NCBI GenBank assembly: GCA_002995645.1
Contig: PUHO01000005.1
Location: 77,125-141,124, forward strand
Direction: 5' to 3'
DNA from: SAR324 cluster bacterium
GTDB lineage: Bacteria; SAR324; XYD2-FULL-50-16; HCM1
DNA: 64,000 nt
The translations under genes and the position numbers were made by a program. The notes beneath the pieces are model-generated. The model saw only the letters and a list, made by a program, of their open reading frames with translations, ran no database searches and was not told the DNA's origin. Positions 57,792 through 64,000 of this stretch are shown piece after piece; the stretch's first letter is position 1; each line of letters opens with the position of its first letter.

Positions 57792-60374
57792 ATGCAAAAT
57801 AACCAGTCGCAATATTCACTACTTCCAGCTAAGAATTCCTCTATTCTACAGGCAGCAGAAGATATTCTTTCGTTTTATCCTGTTTTAAAAACTTGCCTTG
57901 AAGCTATAGACAATCTTCCTGATATTATAGAATACGGTTTTTTGCAAGAAAACGATATTATTGTGCAACAAGGAGAGAAAGGTTATGATATTTTTTTGAT
58001 TTGCGATCAAAAAGTAGACGTTGTTGTTCATGAACAACTTTTGTATTCTATGGAAGGTCCTGTTGTTATTGGGGAAAAAGCAATTGTAGCGCCAGATAAT
58101 ATAAGAGCGGCAACGATTTGCGTTACACCGCAACATACTTGTTTTGTTTTAAAAATACCTCTTGGTAAGTTTTTACAAAATATCCATGATAAATCTATTC
58201 AAGACACCGATTTTACATTACAAGCTCATTTATTTTCAAATTTCTTTACACGAATACAAAAACGGCTTTTAGATAATATTTCTATTCAAAAGAACTTATG
58301 GGAACAAGTGAACAACACGGCAACGCTTTTAAATATACAACTCATTAGCAAAGCTATTACGGCAAAGAAAATACAACCTTGGTCTTTTCCCCTACAAGAA
58401 TCTATAGCTGCCTATTTAAAGCAATATTTTAACATTAATTGGAAAACTGTCACGACTATTGATTCCGAAAACTTACATACAGTCTTATTACAGCTATTAA
58501 ACAAGCTTCATCCTGCTTCAAAATATAAATTAGAACCAGAACAATATAAAGCAAAAATAAAACTAATTTGGAACGACTGGATAACAAAAATAGCCACTCA
58601 TATTGTAGCGCATATGGAAAGCGATCTCTTGCCTATATCTTTGCAAGACATTCAACTTTTTAATCCTGCCAATTACCATTTAACTTTAAAAAATACACTC
58701 TCTAACATTGAAAGCACACTTATCAGTAAAAACGAGTCTAGCAAAGCAGAAGAAAACCCACTCTCTCAATTTTTAAAACCTTCTGCACAAGGTGATCTTT
58801 GGCTTGATATATTTAGTTATTTTAATTTTTTAGATACTAATTATACGTTAATAGAAAATAAGCGTTTCAAAGCGGATACAGCGCAGAAACTAACGTTAGT
58901 TGCGTCAAAATATGAAAATGAATTTAACATGTCCATTGCAAGAATGCGCGATTTTCTTAAGAAAATACAAGGACTTTCTTTTGATTTTTCTAGTATAAAT
59001 AAAAGTGAGCAAAGAAAAACAAAGTTAAATAAAGCATTATCTATTATTTATCGTTTTTGGCACAACTATAATGCATTTAACTATAATACACAAAATGCAA
59101 AAACCCATCATAATGAATTTTACTATGAAGTAGGCGTATATCCGCGATTTATTGATTTATTGAATATTTCTGCCGGACATATGAAATCAGTATTACACAC
59201 CGCTTTTGCTATTCTTAATCAAGAATATAATCTTTCTCTTAACTTTAATATAGAAGATTTACAACGCTATTTGTACGTTGTTTTTCTTAATAAGCAGCAA
59301 CAAGTACCTTTTACTGAATGTAAAAGACACCTTTGGATACCGTTATCAGAGAATATAACCTTTCATCATGTAACAGAAACTTTTCCTCATATTAGTCGGG
59401 GGCGATTATTAAGCACAGTAGGCTGGGATAATGAAATATATACTAATGATTCCCACATTAACGAGTCTAATAATGCACAGAATTATGCTTTTACAGTCCA
59501 AGACGCAGATGAAATATTACCTCTTGCGTTCTTTATCCCTTTTGAAGAACTTCCTTGGATGCGTAGCGTTAATCCTCCTTTAGACGTATTCAACGACGAA
59601 TACCTTCCTTTAATGCAATGGATTATTGGGAAATACATACAATACATAGAAGAGCTTAATTCACAGCTAGAACGATTAAACTATCATAAAAGCACTATAG
59701 AAGTTTCTACATTACAAGAAACTTGGATCAAACAATTTGAAACGCAAGCTTTAACTTTAACAAATGATACGTTTAATGCTATTAAACAAATGCTTAAAAA
59801 AATCTTTAAAGTCAACCTTCCGGCAAATACGTCTTCTTCAGTTATATCTAAACAGTTATATAATCAATTTACAGTTATAACTGAACAAACCATGACTTCT
59901 AGCTCAAACGAAGAAAAGAGTAATCACAGCTATACTCTTTGGCGACAAGCTTTAAGTGATATTATCAAACTCATTGCTAAAATAGATTCTTCTGTCTTTA
60001 ACTCAACAACAGTTACACACGAAACACCTATACTTATCAATTTAAAAAACGAGTTAACTAATTTATTTCAACAATATAATATTGATATAAAAAATATGAT
60101 CTTTACTACACACCAAGATCATACGGAAATTATTATAAATCTCAAAGGAGCTCTTGCCTTGCTGCGTGACTCTTCAAAAAACAGACTTGATTTTTTTAAT
60201 AAGCTACTTAGCGCTTTAAGTGCTAATACGCAAGAAATGTTACTTTCATTAAATCAAACGCATCAAGAAATAGAAACCTTAAAAACAGCGCAAGAAAATG
60301 AAGAAGAGCAACAGAAAATGAGAGATTTAAAAATAAAAATAGCAGTTTTACGAAACAACCTGCAAGAATTGTAA
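57792..60374 (+). CDS. Large protein with an N-terminal cyclic-nucleotide-binding-like domain; remainder unknown
   Basis: Residues about 45-125 (FLQENDIIVQQGEKGYDIFLICDQKVDVVV...VIGEKAIVAPDNIRAATICV...CFVLKI) follow the CAP-effector-domain pattern (G..GD..y.i..G.v.v ... GE.al ... R.AtV.A). The remaining roughly 730 aa are Asn/Gln/Leu-rich and helical. Confidence 0.55.
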   Translation: MQNNQSQYSLLPAKNSSILQAAEDILSFYPVLKTCLEAIDNLPDIIEYGFLQENDIIVQQGEKGYDIFLICDQKVDVVVHEQLLYSMEGPVVIGEKAIVAPDNIRAATICVTPQHTCFVLKIPLGKFLQNIHDKSIQDTDFTLQAHLFSNFFTRIQKRLLDNISIQKNLWEQVNNTATLLNIQLISKAITAKKIQPWSFPLQESIAAYLKQYFNINWKTVTTIDSENLHTVLLQLLNKLHPASKYKLEPEQYKAKIKLIWNDWITKIATHIVAHMESDLLPISLQDIQLFNPANYHLTLKNTLSNIESTLISKNESSKAEENPLSQFLKPSAQGDLWLDIFSYFNFLDTNYTLIENKRFKADTAQKLTLVASKYENEFNMSIARMRDFLKKIQGLSFDFSSINKSEQRKTKLNKALSIIYRFWHNYNAFNYNTQNAKTHHNEFYYEVGVYPRFIDLLNISAGHMKSVLHTAFAILNQEYNLSLNFNIEDLQRYLYVVFLNKQQQVPFTECKRHLWIPLSENITFHHVTETFPHISRGRLLSTVGWDNEIYTNDSHINESNNAQNYAFTVQDADEILPLAFFIPFEELPWMRSVNPPLDVFNDEYLPLMQWIIGKYIQYIEELNSQLERLNYHKSTIEVSTLQETWIKQFETQALTLTNDTFNAIKQMLKKIFKVNLPANTSSSVISKQLYNQFTVITEQTMTSSSNEEKSNHSYTLWRQALSDIIKLIAKIDSSVFNSTTVTHETPILINLKNELTNLFQQYNIDIKNMIFTTHQDHTEIIINLKGALALLRDSSKNRLDFFNKLLSALSANTQEMLLSLNQTHQEIETLKTAQENEEEQQKMRDLKIKIAVLRNNLQEL

Positions 60375-60390
60375 CTATTGCTATAAAAAA

Positions 60391-60424
60391 GCCCACAAAA
60401 AAGCAAATTGCTATTTTTGTAGGC
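60391..60424. terminator. Putative bidirectional terminator between convergent genes
   Basis: Imperfect long inverted repeat GCCCACAAAAAAGCAA / TTGCTATTTTTGTAGGC, flanked by an A-run on the left and T-rich sequence on the right. Confidence 0.5.
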
Positions 60425-60446
60425 TATTTATAGTTAAATAGTATCC

Positions 60447-61013
60447 TTACCAACTTGCATAATCTGTGATAATCTTGTCCACAAGTCCGTACTCTTTTGC
60501 TTCAGTAGAATTAAGCCAATAATCTTTATCGATATCCGTTAAAATTACATCAACAGCCTTACCTGTTTTTTCAGCATATAGTTTTGCAATTCTTTCACGT
60601 GATTTCAAAATCTGTGAAGCATGTATTTCTATATCCGTAACCGATCCTTGCGCGCCTTGTAATAAAGGTTGGTGAATCATAATTTGCGCATTATCTAGCA
60701 TAAAACACCGTGATTTATCTGCGGCTAAAGAAAGAACCGATCCCATACTTGCCGCTAATCCCGCAACTAACGTAGTTACAGGTGATTTAACGGCACGTAA
60801 TAAATCAAAAATAGCATAGCCACTTGTGATTTCACCACCTGGAGAATTAATTAATACTTTAATTTCTTTCTTAGAATCTACTGAATCAAGAAATAGTATT
60901 TCCGGAATTATTTTCCCCGCTAATTTACTATCTACGGCACCGTTAATAAAAATAATTCTATTTTCTAATAATTTTTCTTGCACTTGTTGTGCAGTTTGTT
61001 TTTTTTCTGACAT
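60447..61013 (-). CDS. clpP: ATP-dependent Clp protease proteolytic subunit
   Basis: Catalytic Ser context GLAASMGSVL, His context MIHQP, and the typical IIFINGAVDS N-terminal region. Confidence 0.95.
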   Translation of the reverse strand: MSEKKQTAQQVQEKLLENRIIFINGAVDSKLAGKIIPEILFLDSVDSKKEIKVLINSPGGEITSGYAIFDLLRAVKSPVTTLVAGLAASMGSVLSLAADKSRCFMLDNAQIMIHQPLLQGAQGSVTDIEIHASQILKSRERIAKLYAEKTGKAVDVILTDIDKDYWLNSTEAKEYGLVDKIITDYASW

Positions 61014-61105
61014 AACACCTATAAAATTGATATATGAATGAACGAATTAAGGCATATTTTTTGCTTTATTTTAATAAAATATGATTACTTTTTTAGCGGA
61101 ACTTT

Positions 61106-61615
61106 ATGCAAACCATTTCACAACATGCAAGCTCTAAACAAGCTAACACATCTGGACAAACAAATAAGTTATCTCAAAATAATGCGAACGTAGTAGATAA
61201 AAAGCCTGCTACCTTTACGAAAACAACGTCTTTAAACACGGAAGCCATGCTTTCTAAAGCACAAATGGCGTATTTAAAACAAATCTCCCGACTAGAAAAT
61301 AAAGCAACTTTAGAGCCAATACAACAAGACATGAAACCTGTTTTACGCGGATTAATTAAGCAACTACGAGGCTTAGATATAAATACGCAAAAAAAGTTGT
61401 TTGACTCTCCTAGTCTTAAAGAAAAAAAAATAACCTCTTTAGCAGATCTAGAGAAAACCCTTCAAAAAGATTTTCTTTCTAAACCGGGCAATATAAAAGA
61501 AGGCTTTGCTATTTTAAAATCAGAAGCTTTATTAACTCAACTTTTTCCGCATCTTAAGGCGCAACAAACTTATACGCCTTATATTAATGCTCAAAAATCT
61601 TCGCTAAGAAGCTAG
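61106..61615 (+). CDS. Hypothetical protein
   Basis: A 169-aa ORF with a Gln/Asn/Ser-rich N-terminus. No recognisable motif. Confidence 0.4.
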   Translation: MQTISQHASSKQANTSGQTNKLSQNNANVVDKKPATFTKTTSLNTEAMLSKAQMAYLKQISRLENKATLEPIQQDMKPVLRGLIKQLRGLDINTQKKLFDSPSLKEKKITSLADLEKTLQKDFLSKPGNIKEGFAILKSEALLTQLFPHLKAQQTYTPYINAQKSSLRS

Positions 61616-61622
61616 AACCCGG

Positions 61623-62960
61623 CTATTTCAAAAGAACAGATAAGAAACTTGTATCAATTTCTCCTTTCCTAAAAGCCAGATCATGCAAAATACGACGATG
61701 AAGTCGAATATTAACTTGCACTCCGTCTATTATGAATTCAGACAAACAAGAAAGCATTTTATCTATAGCTTTTGTACGCGATTCATCGTGTACAATAACT
61801 TTAGCAACCATTGAATCATAGTAAGGCGGAATACTCCAACCTTGGTAAGCTGCCGAATCCACACGCACACCAAAGCCACTTGGTGCATGATATTCTGTAA
61901 TCTTACCTGGACTAGGAATAAACGTATCCGGATTTTCCGCATTAATACGACATTCAATAGCATGTCCTTTGATTTTAATATCATCTTGCGTATAGTGCAA
62001 CTTGCCACCTGCCGCAACATGAATCATTTCTTTTACTATATCAACACCACTCACAAGCTCAGAAACGCAATGTTCTACTTGTAAACGTGTATTCATTTCC
62101 ATAAAGTAAAACTGATTATCTGGCGTTAATAAAAACTCAATCGTCCCTGCTGAAAAATAACCAACTTGCTTAGCCACACGCGTTGCTGCTGACCAAAGTT
62201 CGGCACGTGTTTTATCACTTAACCCAAAAGCCGGTGCCTCTTCAATTAGTTTTTGATTTCTGCGTTGTATACTACAATCTCTATCGCTAACAACAATAAC
62301 ATTACCATGTTTATCACCTAAAAGCTGTACTTCAACATGACGCGGTTTTTCGATATACTTTTCCATAAAAATAGCATCATCATTAAACGCGCCGCCAGCC
62401 TCGGCTTTAGCCGTTTCAAAAGCATTTAAGAGGCTTCCTTTTGAGTACACAATACGCATACCACGACCACCACCACCGGCCGCCGCTTTAAGGATGACAG
62501 GATATCCAATTTTTTTAGCTTCTGCAAACAGTTCGTCTGCCTTTTCAATGGCAGAACCGGTCCCCGGAGTAATAGGGCAACCTGCTTTTTTTGCCATTTT
62601 ACGGGCATAAACTTTGTCTCCCATTTTTTGGATAATTTCAGCAGAAGGACCAATAAAATTGATCCCGGAAGCCGTACATTTTTCCACAAAATTAGCATCT
62701 TCTGATAAAAAACCATATCCCGGATGAATGGCTTCTGCACCGCTTACTTCTGTTGCCGCAATAAGTGATGGAATTTTCAAATAGCTTTCTTTAGTTGGCG
62801 CCGCTCCAATACAGATAGCTTCATCAGCTAACCGAACGTGCAAGGCGTCCGCATCTGCCGTTGAATAAACAGCTACTGTTTTAATGCCTAGTTCACGACA
62901 AGCACGAATAACACGAATGGCTATTTCACCGCGATTCGCTATTAATATTTTATTATACAT
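61623..62960 (-). CDS. accC: Acetyl-CoA carboxylase biotin carboxylase subunit
   Basis: MYNKILIANRGEIAIRVIRACRELGI N-terminus; ATP-grasp GGGGRGMR; downstream of accB. Confidence 0.95.
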   Translation of the reverse strand: MYNKILIANRGEIAIRVIRACRELGIKTVAVYSTADADALHVRLADEAICIGAAPTKESYLKIPSLIAATEVSGAEAIHPGYGFLSEDANFVEKCTASGINFIGPSAEIIQKMGDKVYARKMAKKAGCPITPGTGSAIEKADELFAEAKKIGYPVILKAAAGGGGRGMRIVYSKGSLLNAFETAKAEAGGAFNDDAIFMEKYIEKPRHVEVQLLGDKHGNVIVVSDRDCSIQRRNQKLIEEAPAFGLSDKTRAELWSAATRVAKQVGYFSAGTIEFLLTPDNQFYFMEMNTRLQVEHCVSELVSGVDIVKEMIHVAAGGKLHYTQDDIKIKGHAIECRINAENPDTFIPSPGKITEYHAPSGFGVRVDSAAYQGWSIPPYYDSMVAKVIVHDESRTKAIDKMLSCLSEFIIDGVQVNIRLHRRILHDLAFRKGEIDTSFLSVLLK

Positions 62961-62997
62961 TTTAAATACTATCCTTTTATAAATCTTTTAGTTACGT

Positions 62998-63468
62998 TTA
63001 ACTAGATTGTATTTTAAATAATTTCATATTGAAATCAACGAGCTGTGCGTTACTAACGAGTATTTCCTTAATAACCCCGCTTTTTTCGGCTTGAATTTCA
63101 TTCATTACTTTCATAGCTTCTATAATACAAAGGATATCACCTTTTTTTACTTGCGTCCCCACTTCTACAAACGAAGCCGCATCTGGTGATGCTGACGCAT
63201 AATAAGTTCCTACTAAAGGAGAAGTAATATATTCTCCATCATCACTTTCTTGCGGTGCTGCCGGAGCTGCTAACGGGCTATTAGTATTGGCTACTACTTC
63301 CGCCGGTGCTAGTGCTGCTACAGGGCTAGGACTGATTACCGGTTGCGCTGCTTGTTTTGAAGAAAGTGTAATTTCACCATCTTTATTTTTAATCTTGATT
63401 TCAGTTAAACTGGACTCTTCCATTACGGCAATTAAGTTTTTCAGTTCTTTTATTGTTTGAATCTCCAT
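62998..63468 (-). CDS. accB: Biotin carboxyl carrier protein
   Basis: Biotinylation motif EAMKVMNEI and an Ala/Pro-rich linker. Confidence 0.95.
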   Translation of the reverse strand: MEIQTIKELKNLIAVMEESSLTEIKIKNKDGEITLSSKQAAQPVISPSPVAALAPAEVVANTNSPLAAPAAPQESDDGEYITSPLVGTYYASASPDAASFVEVGTQVKKGDILCIIEAMKVMNEIQAEKSGVIKEILVSNAQLVDFNMKLFKIQSS

Positions 63469-63485
63469 TATATTACCTAAGAAAA

Positions 63486-63995
63486 TTAACTATTTATGAC
63501 AAGGCTTGCATTCCAAGATTGGAGACGCTCGGCTTGTGCTTCAAGTAGTGCGCTTGTATCACCTTGAATGGTAACAGATTGTATCTTATTACCTTGTTGT
63601 ATACTATTAACTATATCTTGATCTTGTTGTGAAAGCACCTCTCCGAAAACAGTATGTTTACCGTCTAACCAAGGCGTTTCAACATGAGTAATAAAAAATT
63701 GGCTACCGTTTGTATTTGGTCCTGCATTCGCCATAGAAAGCTTGCCCGGCGCATCGTGTTTTAATGCAGCAGTACATTCATCTTCAAATTGGTACCCCGG
63801 TCCACCGTTGCCAATACCGTTTGGGCAACCTGCTTGAATCATAAAATCGTTTATAACACGATGAAAGATTAAACCGTTATAAAAACCTTTTTGTGCTAGA
63901 AAAATAAAATTTGATACTGTAACGGGAGCTTGCGTTTCAAATAAACGTAAATTAATCTCTCCCTTTTCCGTGTTGATTATTGCTTCTATAGTCAT
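63486..63995 (-). CDS. Cyclophilin-type peptidyl-prolyl cis-trans isomerase
   Basis: [35 protein letters not shown] and [12 protein letters not shown] motifs. Confidence 0.9.
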   Translation of the reverse strand: MTIEAIINTEKGEINLRLFETQAPVTVSNFIFLAQKGFYNGLIFHRVINDFMIQAGCPNGIGNGGPGYQFEDECTAALKHDAPGKLSMANAGPNTNGSQFFITHVETPWLDGKHTVFGEVLSQQDQDIVNSIQQGNKIQSVTIQGDTSALLEAQAERLQSWNASLVINS

Positions 63996-64000
63996 AGATA

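Overview
AT-rich chromosomal segment from a flagellated, apparently diderm bacterium: it has an OMP-type beta-barrel ending in Phe and a GspE/PilB ATPase. Any lineage guess is weak. Coding density is high, with about 55 supportable CDS, mostly housekeeping. These include flgK-flgL-csrA-fliW; a GspE/PilB ATPase; a SpoT-like RSH; pyrB, prmA, glgX, thrH and metH. A tRNA-Ile/Ala/Val cluster is followed by infC-rpmI-rplT. Further genes are carB-carA-ribF, an M16 peptidase, clpB, frr, class I fumarase, fliN-ribD-ribE-coaX, engB, clpP, accC-accB and a cyclophilin. Three segments look accessory. (1) 35.6-42.9 kb: a uronate-polysaccharide lyase, SDR and Na+/solute symporter locus. (2) 43.6-46.9 kb: a secreted metzincin, OMP and small-protein operon. 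(3) 53.1-54.9 kb: an overlapping gene pair encoding a ParA/MinD-like ATPase and a stand-alone RelA/SpoT-synthetase protein. The third is my best candidate for an undescribed system, either toxSAS-like or a dedicated alarmone module. It is notable because the long RSH at 8.5-9.9 kb appears synthetase-dead. Other observations: three independent local tandem duplications of the 3' ends of minus-strand genes (carB, a secreted-protein gene, a membrane-protein gene); an oversized FlgL with an Asp-box-containing insert; several degenerate signalling domains (pseudo-cyclase, Glu-for-Asp receiver, degenerate HK); a non-AUG infC start that the ORF track misses; and a tRNA-Val with C33. I saw no CRISPR array, rRNA, transposase or integrase. 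All calls come from reading the sequence and remembered family motifs; no searches were run.
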